DNA from: Auanema rhodensis
Lineage: Eukaryota; Animalia; Nematoda
Reading direction: 5' to 3'
NCBI GenBank assembly: GCA_964057225.1
Contig: OZ059896.1
Location: 21,204,001-21,268,000 of the forward strand
Length of the DNA stretch: 64,000 nt
Shown here piece by piece: positions 1-12,987 of this stretch. The notes beneath the pieces are model-generated. The model was not told where the DNA came from and searched no databases. It was given only the letters and a program-made list of their open reading frames with translations. Made by a program: the position numbers and the translations under genes. How positions within the stretch are numbered: position 1 is the stretch's first letter; each line of letters begins with the position of its first letter.

Positions 1-77
1 CGAATGCACTATACCACATTGAGAAACGCTTAATACAAAAATTAGTTATGATCGTTTGAAAAATGATGCATTAGTGT

Positions 78-105
78 ATGTTGAGTTTCCATGTACACTC
101 AACAT
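78..105. other. Inverted repeat module A (9-bp arms, 10-nt spacer), repeated in each monomer
   Basis: ATGTTGAGT (78-86) is the reverse complement of ACTCAACAT (97-105). Confidence 0.9.
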
Positions 106-112
106 TGCTTCC

Positions 113-178
113 AAAAACATTTTGACAAAAATTTTTTCGAAAAATTTCAGAATAATTTAGCAAAAAGTAGATGTTTTT
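113..178. other. A/T-tract region with central palindrome (module B), repeated in each monomer
   Basis: Perfect 12-bp palindrome TTTTTCGAAAAA at 133-144. It is flanked by ATTTTGA/TCAAAAT in the consensus and by AAAAACAT (113-120)/ATGTTTTT (171-178). Confidence 0.85.
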
Positions 179-255
179 AGATTCCATTTTTCAAGGCAAA
201 GACGATGGACAATGTTATTCAACAAAAAAATTAATTCTTCAGGGTGAAAATCGAG

Positions 256-277
256 GATATAAGTGTGAACTTATATC
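256..277. other. Inverted repeat module C (9-bp stem, 4-nt loop GTGA), repeated in each monomer
   Basis: GATATAAGT (256-264), then GTGA, then ACTTATATC (269-277). Confidence 0.9.
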
Positions 278-290
278 AGTTGATATCTCG

Positions 291-360
291 GTGCATTTTT
301 AAGCTAGCGCAAATCTGATAACACAGATCGACGCAGCTTAAAAATCCGGATCGAATGCAC
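291..360. other. Long imperfect inverted repeat module D, repeated in each monomer
   Basis: ATTTTTAAGCT (295-305) pairs with AGCTTAAAAAT (335-345). Inner pairs are GCG/CGC and ATCTG (313-317)/CAGAT (324-328). Outer pair is GTGCATT (291-297)/AATGCAC (354-360). Confidence 0.9.
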
Positions 361-3300
361 TATACTACATTGAGAAACGCTCAATACAAAAATTAGTTAT
401 GATCGTTTGAATAATGATGCATTAGTGTATGTTGAGTTTCCATGTACACTCAACCTTGCTTCCAAAAACATTTTGACAAAAATTTTTTCGAAAAATTTCA
501 AAATAATTTAGCAAAAAGTAGATGTTTTTAGATTCCATTTTTCAAGGCAAAGACGATGGACAATGTTATTCAACGAAAAAATTAATTCTTCAGGGTGAAA
601 ATCGAGGATATAAGTGTGAACTTATATCAGTTGATATCTCGGTGCATTTTTAAGCTAGCGCAAATCTGATAACACAGATCGACGCAGCTTAAAAATCCGG
701 ATCGAATGCACTATACTACATTGAGAAACGCTCAATACAAAAATTAGTTATGATCGTTTGAAAAATGATGCATTAGTGTATGTTGAGTTTCCATGTACAC
801 TCCACATTGCTTCCAAAAACATTTTGACAAAAATTTTTTCGAAAAATTTCAAAATAATTTAGCAAAAAGTAGATGTTTTTAGATTCCGTTTTTCAAGGCA
901 AAGACGATGGACAATGTTATTCAACGAAAAAATTAATTCTTCAGGGTGAAAATCGAGGATATAAGTGTGAACTTATATCAGTTGATATCTCGGTGCATTT
1001 TTAAGCTAGCGCAAATCTGATAACACAGATCGACGCAGCTTAAAAATCCGCATCGAATGCACTATACTACATTGAGAAACGCTTGATACATAAATTAGTT
1101 ATGATCGTTTGAAAAATGATGCATTAGTGTATGTTGAGTTTCCATGTACACTCAACATTGCTTCCAAAAACATTTTGACAAAAATTTTTTCGAAAAATTT
1201 CAAAATAATTTAGCAAAAAGTAGATGTTTTTAGATTCCATTTTTCAAGGCAAAGACGATGGACAATGTTATTCAACGAAAAAATCAATTCTTCAGGGTGA
1301 AAATCGAGGATATAAGTGTGAACTTATATCAGTTGATATCTCGGTGCATTTTTAAGCTAGCGCAAATCTGATAACACTGATCGACGCAGCTTAAAAATCC
1401 GCATCGAATGCACTATACCACATTGAGAAACGCTTAATACAAAAATTAGTTATGATCGTTTGAAAAATGATGCATTAGTGTATGTTGAGTTTCCATGTAC
1501 ACTCAACATTGCTTCCAAAAACATTTTGACAAAAATTTTTTCGAAAAATTTCAAAATAATTTAGCAAAAAGTAGATGTTTTTAGATTCCATTTTTCAAGG
1601 CAAAGACGATGGACAATGTTATTCAACAAAAAAATTAATTCTTCAGGGTGAAAATCGAGGATATAAGTGTGAACTTATATCAGTTGATATCTCGGTGCAT
1701 TTTTAAGCTAGCGCAAATCTGATAACACAGATCGACGCAGCTTAAAAATCCGGATCGAATGCACTATACTACATTGAGAAACGCTCAATACAAAAATTAG
1801 TTATGATCGTTTGAATAATGATGCATTAGTGTATGTTGAGTTTCCATGTACACTCAACATTGCTTCCAAAAACATTTTGACAAAAATTTTTTCGAAAAAT
1901 TTCAAAATAATTTAGCAAAAAGTAGATGTTTTTAGATTCCGTTTTTCAAGGCAAAGACGATGGACAATGTTATTCAACGAAAAAATTAATTCTTCAGGGT
2001 GAAAATCGAGGATATAAGTGTGAACTTATATCAGTTGATATCTCGGTGCATTTTTAAGCTAGCGCAAATCTGATAACACAGATCGACGCAGCTTAAAAAT
2101 CCGCATCGAATGCACTATACTACATTGAGAAACGCTTGATACAAAAATTAGTTATGATCGTTTGAAAAATGATGCATTAGTGTATGTTGAGTTTCCATGT
2201 ACACTCAACATTGCTTCCAAAAACATTTTGACAAAAATTTTTTCGAAAAATTTCAAAATAATTTAGCGAAAAGTAGATGTTTTTAGATTCCTTTTTTCAA
2301 GGCAAAGACGATAGACAATGTTATTCAACGAAAAAATTAATTCTTCAGGGTGAAAATCGAGGGTATAAGTGTGAACTTATATCAGTTGATATCTCGGAGC
2401 ATTTTTAAGCTAGCGCAAATCTGATAACACCGATTGACGCAGCTTAAAAATCCGCATCGAATGCACTATACTACATTGAGAAACGCTTGATACAAAAATT
2501 AGTTATGATCGTTTGAAAAATGATGCATTAGTGTATGTTGAGTTTCCATGTACACTCAATATTGCTTCCAAAAACATTTTGACAAAAATTTTTTCGAAAA
2601 ATTTCAAAATAATTTAGCGAAAAGTAGATGTTTTTAGATTCCATTTTTCAAGGCAAAGACGATGGACAATGTTATTCAACGAAAAAATTAATTCTTCAGG
2701 ATGAAAATCGAGGATATAAGTGTGAACTTATATCAGTTGATATCTCGGTGCATTTTTAAGCTAGCGCAAATCTGATAACACAGATCGACGCAGCTTAAAA
2801 ATCCGCATCGAATGCACTATACTACATTGAGAAACGCTTAATACAAAAATTAGTTATGATCGTTTGAAAAATGATGCATTAGTGTATGTTGAGTTTCCAT
2901 GTACACTCAACATTGCTTCCAAAAACATTTTGACAAAAATTTTTTCGAAAAATTTCAAAATAATTTAGCAAAAAGTAGATGTTTTTAGATTCCATTTCTC
3001 AAGGCAAAGACGATGGACAATGTTATTCAACGAAAAAATTAATTCTTCAGGGTGAAAATCGAGGATATAAGTGTGAACTTATATCAGTTGATATCTCGGT
3101 GCAATTTTAAGCTAGCGCAAATCTGATAACACAGATCGACGCAGCTCAAAAATCCGCATCGAATGCACTATACTACAGTGAGAAACGCTTGATACAAAAA
3201 TTAGTTATGATCGTTTGAAAAATGATGCATTAGTGTATGTTGAGTTTCCATGTACACTCAACATTGCTTCCAAAAACATTTTGACAAAAATTTTTTCGAA

Positions 3301-6300
3301 AAATTTCAAAATAATTTAGCAAAAAGTAGATGTTTTTAGATTCCATTTTTCAAGGCAAAGACGATGGACAATGTTATTCAACGAAAAAATTAATTCTTCA
3401 GGGTGAAAATCGAGGATATAAGTGTGAACTTATATCAGTTGATATCTCGGTGCATTTTTAAGCTAGCGCAAATCTGATAACACAGATCGACGCAGCTTAA
3501 AAATCCGCATCGAATGCACTATACTACATTGAGAAACGCTTGATACAAAAATTAGTTATGATCGTTTGAAAAATGATGCATTAGTGTATGTTGAGTTTCC
3601 ATGTACACTCAATATTGCTTCCAAAAACATTTTGACAAAAATTTTTTCGAAAAATTTCAAAATAATTTAGCAAAAAGTAGATGTTTTTAGATTCCATTTT
3701 TCAAGGCAAAGACGATGGACAATGTTATTCAACGAAAAAATTAATTCTTCAGGATGAAAATCGAGGATATAAGTGTGAACTTATATCAGTTGATATCTCG
3801 GTGCATTTTTAAGCTAGCGCAAATCTGATAACACAGATCGACGCAGCTTAAAAATCCGCATCGAATGCACTATACTACATTGAGAAACGCTCAATACAAA
3901 AATTAGTTATGATCGTCTGAAAAATGATGCATTAGTGTATGTTGAGTTTCCATGTACACTCAATATTGCTTCCAAAAACATTTTGACAAAAATTTTTTCG
4001 AAAAATTTCAAAATAATTTAGCAAAAAGTAGATGTTTTTAGATTCCATTTTTCAAGGCAAAGACGATGGACAATGTTATTCAACGAAAAAATTAATTCTT
4101 CAGGATGAAAATCGAGGATATAAGTGTGAACTTATATCAGTTGATATCTCGGTGCATTTTTAAGCTAGCGCAAATCTGATAACACAGATCGACGCAGCTT
4201 AAAAATCCGCATCGAATGCACTATACTACATTGAGAAACGCTCAATACAAAAATTAGTTATGATCGTTTGAAAAATGATGCATTAGTGTATGTTGAGTTT
4301 CCATGTACACTCAACATTGCTTCCAAAAACATTTTGACAAAAATTTTTTCGAAAAATTTCAAAATAATTTAGCAAAAAGTAGATGTTTTTAGATTCCATT
4401 TTTCAAGGCAAAGACGATGGACAATGTTATTCAACGAAAAAATTAATTCTTCAGGGTGAAAATCGAGGATATAAGTGTGAACTTATATCAGTTGATATCT
4501 CGGTGCATTTTTAAGCTAGCGCAAATCTGATAACACAGATCGACGCAGCTTAAAAATCCGGATCGAATGCACTATACTACATTGAAAAACGCTCAATACA
4601 AAAATTAGTTATGATCGTTTGAAAAATGATGCATTAGTGTATGTTGAGTTTCCATGTACACTCAACATTGCTTCCAAAAACATTTTGACAAAAATTTTTT
4701 CGAAAAATTTCAAAATAATTTAGCAAAAAGTAGATGTTTTTAGATTCCTTTTTTCAAGGCAAAGACGATAGACAATGTTATTCAACGAAAAAATTAATTC
4801 TTCAGGGTGAAAATCGAGGATATAAGTGTGAACTTATATCAGTTGATATCTCGGAGCATTTTTAAGCTAGCGCAAATCTGATAACACAGATTGACGCAGC
4901 TTAAAAATCCGCATCGAATGCACTATACTACATTGAGAAACGCTTGATACAAAAATTAGTTATGATCGTTTGAAAAATGATGCATTAGTGTATGTTGAGT
5001 TTCCATGTACACTCAATATTGCTTCCAAAAACATTTTGACAAAAATTTTTTCGGAAAATTTCAAAATAATTTAGCAAAAAGTAGATGTTTTTAGATTCCA
5101 TTTTTCAAGGCAAAGACGATGGACAATGTTATTCAACGAAAAAATTAATTCTTCAGGATGAAAATCGAGGATATAAGTGTGAACTTATATCAGTTGATAT
5201 CTCGGTGCATTTTTGAGCTAGCGCAAATCTGATAACACAGATCGACGCAGCTTAAAAATCCGCATCGAATGCACTATACTACATTGAGAAACGCTCAATA
5301 CAAAAATTAGTTATGATCGTTTGAAAAATGATGCATTAGTGTATGTTGAGTTTCCATGTACACTCAACATTGCTTCCAAAAACATTTTGACAAAAATTTT
5401 TTCGAAAAATTTCAAAATAATTTAGCAAAAAGTAGATGTTTTTAGATTCCGTTTTTCAAAGCAAAGACGATGGACAATGTTATTCAACGAAAAAATTAAT
5501 TCTTCAGGGTGAAAATCGAGGATATAAGTGTGAACTTATATCAGTTGATATCTCGGTGCATTTTTAAGCTAGCGCAAATCTGATAACACAGATCGACGCA
5601 GCTTAAAAATCCGCATCGAATGCACTATACTACATTGAGAAACGCTTGATACAAAAATTAGTTATGATCGTTTGAAAAATGATGCATTAGTGTATGTTGA
5701 GTTTCCATGTACACTCAACATTGCTTCCAAAAACATTTTGACAAAAATTTTTTCGAAAAATTTCAAAATAATTTAGCAAAAAGTAGATGTTTTTAGATTC
5801 CTTTTTTCAAGGCAAAGACGATAGACAATGTTATTCAACGAAAAAATTAATTCTTCAGGGTGAAAATCGAGGATATAAGTGTGAACTTATATCAGTTGAT
5901 ATCTCGGAGCATTTTTAAGCTAGCGCTAATCTGATAACACAGATTGACGCAGCTTAAAAATCCGCATCGAATGCACTATACTACATTGAGAAACGCTTGA
6001 TACAAAAATTAGTTATGATCGTTTGAAAAATGATGCATTAGTGTATGTTGAGTTTCCATGTACACTCAACATTGCTTCCAAAAACATTTTGACAAAAATT
6101 TTTTCGAAAAATTTCAAAATAATTTAGCAAAAAGTAGATGTTTTTAGATTCCGTTTTTCAAAGCAAAGACGATGGACAATGTTATTCAACGAAAAAATTA
6201 ATTCTTCAGGGTGAAAATCGAGGATATAAGTGTGAACTTATATCAGTTGATATCTCGGTGCATTTTTAAGCTAGCGCAAATCTGATAACACAGATCGACG

Positions 6301-9300
6301 CAGCTTAAAAATCCGCATCGAATGCACTATACTACATTGAGAAACGCTTGATACAAAAATTAGTTATGATCGTTTGAAAAATGATGCATTAGTGTATGTT
6401 GAGTTTCCATGTACACTCAACATTGCTTCCAAAAACATTTTGACAAAAATTTTTTCGAAAAATTTCAAAATAATTTAGCAAAAAGTAGATGTTTTTAGAT
6501 TCCTTTTTTCAAGGCAAAGACGATAGACAATGTTATTCAACGAAAAAATTAATTCTTCAGGGTGAAAATCGAGGATATAAGTGTGAACTTATATCAGTTG
6601 ATATCTCGGTGCATTTTTAAGCTAGCGCAAATCTGATAACACAGATTGACGCAGCTTAAAAATCCGCATCGAATGCACTATACTACATTGAGAAACGCTT
6701 AATACAAAAATTAGTTATGATCGTTTGAAAAATGATGCATTAGTGTATGTTGAGTTTCCATGTACACTCAACATTGCTTCCAAAAACATTTTGACAAAAA
6801 TTTTTTCGAAAAATTTCAAAATAATTTAGCAAAAAGTAGATGTTTTTAGATTCCATTTTTCAAGGCAAAGACGATGGACAATGTTATTCAACGAAAAAAT
6901 TAATTCTTCAGGGTGAAAATCGAGGATATAAGTGTGAACTTATATCAGTTGATATCTCGGTGCATTTTTAAGCTAGCGCAAATCTGATAACACAGATCGA
7001 CGCAGCTTAAAAATCCGGATCGAATGCACTATACTACATTGAGAAACGCTCAATACAAAAATTAGTTATGATCGTTTGAAAAATGATGCATTAGTGTATG
7101 TTGAGTTTCCATGTACACTCAACATTGCTTCCAAAAACATTTTGACAAAAATTTTTTCGAAAAATTTCAAAATAATTTAGCAAAAAGTAGATGTTTTTAG
7201 ATTCCGTTTTTCAAAGCAAAGACGATGGACAATGTTATTCAACGAAAAAATTAATTCTTCAGGATGAAAATCGAGGATATAAGTGTGAACTTATATCAGT
7301 TGATATCTCGGTGCATTTTTAAGCTAGCGCAAATCTGATAACACAGATCGACGCAGCTTAAAAATCCGCATCGAATGCACTATACTACATTGAGAAACGC
7401 TTGATACAAAAATTAGTTATGATCGTTTGAAAAATGATGCATTAGTGTATGTTGAGTTTCCATGTACACTCAACATTGCTTCCAAAAACATTTTGACAAA
7501 AATTTTTTCGAAAAATTTCAAAATAATTTAGCAAAAAGTAGATGTTTTTAGATTCCTTTTTTCAAGGCAAAAACGATAGACAATGTTATTCAACGAAAAA
7601 ATTAATTCTTCAGGGTGAAAATCGAGGATATAAGTGTGAACTTATATCAGTTGATATCTCGGTGCATTTTTAAGCTAGCGCAAATCTGATAACACAGATT
7701 GACGCAGCTTAAAAATCCGCATCGAATGCACTATACTACATTGAGAAACGCTTAATACAAAAATTAGTTATGATCGTTTGAAAAATGATGCATTAGTGTA
7801 TGTTGAGTTTCCATGTACACTCAACATTGCTTCCAAAAACATTTTGACAAAAATTTTTTCGAAAAATTTCAAAATAATTTAGCAAAAAGTAGATGTTTTT
7901 AGATTCCATTTTTCAAGGCAAAGACGATGGACAATGTTATTCAACGAAAAAATTAATTCTTCAGGGTGAAAATCGAGGATATAAGTGTGAACTTATATCA
8001 GTTGATATCTCGGTGCATTTTTAAGCTAGCGCAAATCTGATAACACAGATCGACGCAGCTTAAAAATCCGGATCGAATGCACTATACTACATTGAGAAAC
8101 GCTCAATACAAAAATTAGTTATGATCGTTTGAAAAATGATGCATTAGTGTATGTTGAGTTTCCATGTACACTCAACATTGCTTCCAAAAACATTTTGACA
8201 AAAATTTTTTCGAAAAATTTCAAAATAATTTAGCAAAAAGTAGATGTTTTTAGATTCCATTTTTCAAGGCAAAGACGATGGACAATGTTATTCAACGAAA
8301 AAATTAATTCTTCATGGTGAAAATCGAGGATATAAGTGTGAACTTATATCAGTTGATATCTCGGTGCATTTTTAAGCTAGCGCAAATCTGATAACACAGA
8401 TCGACGCAGCTTAAAAATCCGGATCGAATGCACTATACTACATTGAGAAACGCTCAATACAAAAATTAGTTATGATCGTTTGAAAAATGATGCATTAGTG
8501 TATGTTGAGTTTCCATGTACACTCAACATTGCTTCCAAAAACATTTTGACAAAAATTTTTTCGAAAAATTTCAAAATAATTTAGCAAAAAGTAGATGTTT
8601 TTAGATTCCGTTTTTCAAGGCAAAGACGATGGACAATGTTATTCAACGAAAAAATTAATTCTTCAGGGTGAAAATCGAGGATATAAGTGTGAACTTATAT
8701 CAGTTGATATCTCGGTGCATTTTTAAGCTAGCGCAAATCTGATAACACAGATCGACGCAGCTTAAAAATCCGCATCGAATGCACTATACTACATTGAGAA
8801 ACGCTTGATACATAAATTAGTTATGATCGTTTAAAAAATGATGCATTAGTGTATGTTGAGTTTCCATGTACACTCAACATTGCTTCCAAAAACATTTTGA
8901 CAAAAATTTTTTCGAAAAATTTCAAAATAATTTAGCAAAAAGTAGATGTTTTTAGATTCCATTTTTCAAGGCAAAGACGATGGACAATGTTATTCAACGA
9001 AAAAATTAATTCTTCAGGGTGAAAATCGAGGATATAAGTGTGAACTTATATCAGTTGATATCTCGGTGCATTTTTAAGCTAGCGCAAATCTGATAACACA
9101 GATCGACGCAGCTTAAAAATCCGCATCGAATGCACTATACTACATTGAGAAACGCTTAATACAAAAATTAGTTATGATCGTTTGAAAAATGATGCATTAG
9201 TGTATGTTGAGTTTCCATGTACACTCAACATTGCTTCCAAAAACATTTTGACAAAAATTTTTTCGAAAAATTTCAAAATAATTTAGCAAAAAGTAGATGT

Positions 9301-10881
9301 TTTTAGATTCCATTTTTCAAGGCAAAGACGATGGACAATGTTATTCAACGAAAAAATTAATTCTTCAGGGTGAAAATCGAGGATATAAGTGTGAACTTAT
9401 ATCAGTTGATATCTCGGTGCATTTTTAAGCTAGCGCAAATCTGATAACACAGATCGACGCAGCTTAAAAATCCGGATCGAATGCACTATACTACATTGAG
9501 AAACGCTCAATACAAAAATTAGTTATGATCGTTTGAAAAATGATGCATTAGTGTATGTTGAGTTTCCATGTACACTCAACATTGCTTCCAAAAACATTTT
9601 GACAAAAATTTTTTCGAAAAATTTCAAAATAATTTAGCAAAAAGTAGATGTTTTTAGATTCCATTTTTCAAGGCAAAGACGATGGACAATGTTATTCAAC
9701 GAAAAAATTAATTCTTCAGGGTGAAAATCGAGGATATAAGTGTGAACTTATATCAGTTGATATCTCGGTGCATTTTTAAGCTAGCGCAAATCTGATAACA
9801 CAGATCGACGCAGCTTAAAAATCCGCATCGAATGCACTATACTACATTGAGAAACGCTTAATACAAAAATTAGTTATGATCGTTTGAAAAATGATGCATT
9901 AGTGTATGTTGAGTTTCCATGTACACTCAACATTGCTTCCAAAAACATTTTGACAAAAATTTTTTCGAAAAATTTCAAAATAATTTAGCAAAAAGTAGAT
10001 GTTTTTAGATTCCATTTTTCAAGGCAAAGACGATGGACAATGTTATTCAACGAAAAAATTAATTCTTCAGGGTGAAAATCGAGGATATAAGTGTGAACTT
10101 ATATCAGTTGATATCTCGGTGCATTTTTAAGCTAGCGCAAATCTGATAACACAGATCGACGCAGCTTAAAAATCCGGATCGAATGCACTATACTACATTG
10201 AGAAACGCTTAATACAAAAATTAGTTATGATCGTTTGAAAAATGATGCATTAGTGTATGTTGAGTTTCCATGTACACTCAACATTGCTTCCAAAAACATT
10301 TTGACAAAAATTTTTTCGAAAAATTTCAAAATAATTTAGCAAAAAGTAGTTGTTTTTAGATTCCGTTTTTCAAGGCAAAGACGATGGACAATGTTATTCA
10401 ACGAAAAAATTAATTCTTCAGGGTGAAAATCGAGGATATAAGTGTGAACTTATATCAGTTGATATCTCGGTGCATTTTTAAGCTAGCGCAAATCTGATAA
10501 CACAGATCGACGCAGCTTAAAAATCCGCATCGAATGCACTATACTACATTGAGAAACGCTTGATACATAAATTAGTTATGATCGTTTAAAAAATGATGCA
10601 TTAGTGTATGTTGAGTTTCCATGTACACTCAACATTGCTTCCAAAAACATTTTGACAAAAATTTTTTCGAAAAATTTCAAAATAATTTAGCAAAAAGTAG
10701 ATGTTTTTAGATTCCATTTTTCAAGGCAAAGACGATGGACAATGTTATTCAACGAAAAAATTAATTCTTCAGGGTGAAAATCGAGGATATAAGTGTGAAC
10801 TTATATCAGTTGATATCTCGGTGCATTTTTAAGCTAGCGCAAATCTGATAACACAGATCGACGCAGCTTAAAAATCCGCAT

Positions 10882-12987
10882 CGAATGCACTATACTACAT
10901 TGAGAAACGCTCAATACAAAAATTAGTTATGATTGTTTGAAAAATGATGCATTAGTGTATGTTGAGTTTCCATGTACACTCAACATTGCTTCCAAAAACA
11001 TTTTGACAAAAATTTTTTCGAAAAATTTCAAAATAATTTAGCAAAAAGTAGATGTTTTTAGATTCCATTTTTCAAGGCAAAGACGATGGACAATGTTATT
11101 CAACGAAAAAATTAATTCTTCAGGGTGAAAATCGAGGATATAAGTGTGAACTTATATCAGTTGATATCTCGGTGCATTTTTAAGCTAGCGCAAATCTGAT
11201 AACACAGATCGACGCAGCTTAAAAATCCGGATCGAATGCACTATACTACATTGAGAAACGCTCAATACAAAAATTAGTTATGATCGTTTGAAAAATGATG
11301 CATTAGTGTATGTTGAGTTTCCATGTACACTCAACATTGCTTCCAAAAACATTTTGACAAAAATTTTTTCGAAAAATTTCAAAATAATTTAGCGAAAAGT
11401 AGATGTTTTTAGATTCCATTTCTCAAGGCAAAGACGATGGACAATGTTATTCAACGAAAAAATTAATTCTTCAGGGTGAAAATCAAGGATATAAGTGTGA
11501 ACTTATATCAGTTGATATCTCGGTGCATTTTTAAGCTAGCGCAAATCTGATAACACAGATCGACGCAGCTTAAAAATCCGCATCGAATGCACTATACTAC
11601 ATTGAGAAACGCTTAATACAAAAATTAGTTATGATCGTTTGAAAAATGATGCATTAGTGTATGTTGAGTTTCCATGTACACTCAACATTGCTTCCAAAAA
11701 CATTTTGACAAAAATTTTTTCGAAAAATTTCAAAATAATTTAGCGAAAAGTAGATGTTTTTAGATTCCATTTCTCAAGGCAAAGACGATGGACAATGTTA
11801 TTCAACGAAAAAATTAATTCTTCAGGGTGAAAATCGAGGATATAAGTGTGAAGTTATATCAGTTGATATCTCGGTGCATTTTTAAGCTAGCGCAAATCTG
11901 ATAACACAGATCGACGCAGCTTAAAAATCCGCATCGAATGCACTATACTACATTGAGAAACGCTCAATACAAAAATTAGTTATGATTGTTTGAAAAATGA
12001 TGCATTAGTGTATGTTGAGTTTCCATGTACACTCAACATTGCTTCCAAAAACATTTTGACAAAAATTTTTTCGAAAAATTTCAAAATAATTTAGCAAAAA
12101 GTAGATGTTTTTAGATTCCTTTTTTCAAGGCAAAGACGATGGACAATGTTATTCAACGAAAAAATTAATTCTTCAGGGTGAAAATCGAGGATATAAGTGT
12201 GAACTTATATCAGTTGATATCTCGGTGCATTTTTAAGCTAGCGCAAATCTGATAACACAGATCGACGCAGCTTAAAAATCCGGATCGAATGCACTATACT
12301 ACATTGAGAAACGCTCAATACAAAAATTAGTTATGATCGTTTGAAAAATGATGCATTAGTGTATGTTGAGTTTCCATGTACACTCAACATTGCTTCCAAA
12401 AACATTTTGACAAAAATTTTTTCGAAAAATTTCAAAATAATTTAGCGAAAAGTAGATGTTTTTAGATTCCATTTCTCAAGGCAAAGACGATGGACAATGT
12501 TATTCAACGAAAAAATTAATTCTTCAGGGTGAAAATCAAGGATATAAGTGTGAACTTATATCAGTTGATATCTCGGTGCATTTTTAAGCTAGCGCAAATC
12601 TGATAACACAGATCGACGCAGCTTAAAAATCCGCATCGAATGCACTATACTACATTGAGAAACGCTTAATACAAAAATTAGTTATGATCGTTTGAAAAAT
12701 GATGCATTAGTGTATGTTGAGTTTCCATGTACACTCAACATTGCTTCCAAAAACATTTTGACAAAAATTTTTTCGAAAAATTTCAAAATAATTTAGCGAA
12801 AAGTAGATGTTTTTAGATTCCATTTCTCAAGGCAAAGACGATGGACAATGTTATTCAACGAAAAAATTAATTCTTCAGGGTGAAAATCGAGGATATAAGT
12901 GTGAAGTTATATCAGTTGATATCTCGGTGCATTTTTAAGCTAGCGCAAATCTGATAACACAGATCGACGCAGCTTAAAAATCCGCAT
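10882..12987. repeat. 3-monomer (1053-bp) tandem duplication
   Basis: Rare variant AATCAAGG at 11485 and 12538 (1053 apart). The AGCGAAAA and GAAGTT variants repeat with the same spacing. Confidence 0.85.

Larger units (their letters stand above)
1..351. repeat. Representative 351-bp monomer (phase arbitrary)
   Basis: Hand count gives 111 G+C of 351. It contains many A/T tracts and palindromic 6-mers: NsiI ATGCAT 66-71, BsrGI TGTACA 92-97, BstBI TTCGAA 136-141, AseI ATTAAT 230-235, EcoRV GATATC 282-287, NheI GCTAGC 303-308. Confidence 0.97.

Noticed and set aside
183-209. Linked A186T and G207A as compensatory changes in a TCCAT/ATGGA stem
   Set aside because: The two positions do not pair with each other and both changes weaken the 5-bp stem. 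Linkage is explained by shared descent.
256-300. Rho-independent terminator or TATA-box promoter (TATAAG)
   Set aside because: The stem is AT-rich and not immediately followed by a U-tract, there is no gene context, and such short motifs are expected by chance at about 68% AT.
1-351. Tandem 5S rRNA, tRNA, snRNA or spliced-leader gene cluster
   Set aside because: I could not recognise a 5S sequence, tRNA cloverleaf or Pol III A/B/C boxes on either strand. An Infernal/Rfam search would be the decisive test.
1-351. Assignment to a named satellite (Drosophila 359-bp 1.688, Tribolium TCAST, alpha satellite with CENP-B box)
   Set aside because: Only the length class or AT richness is similar. I see no match to the 1.688 or alpha sequences as I recall them, I see no canonical CENP-B box, and other families cannot be verified without a database search.
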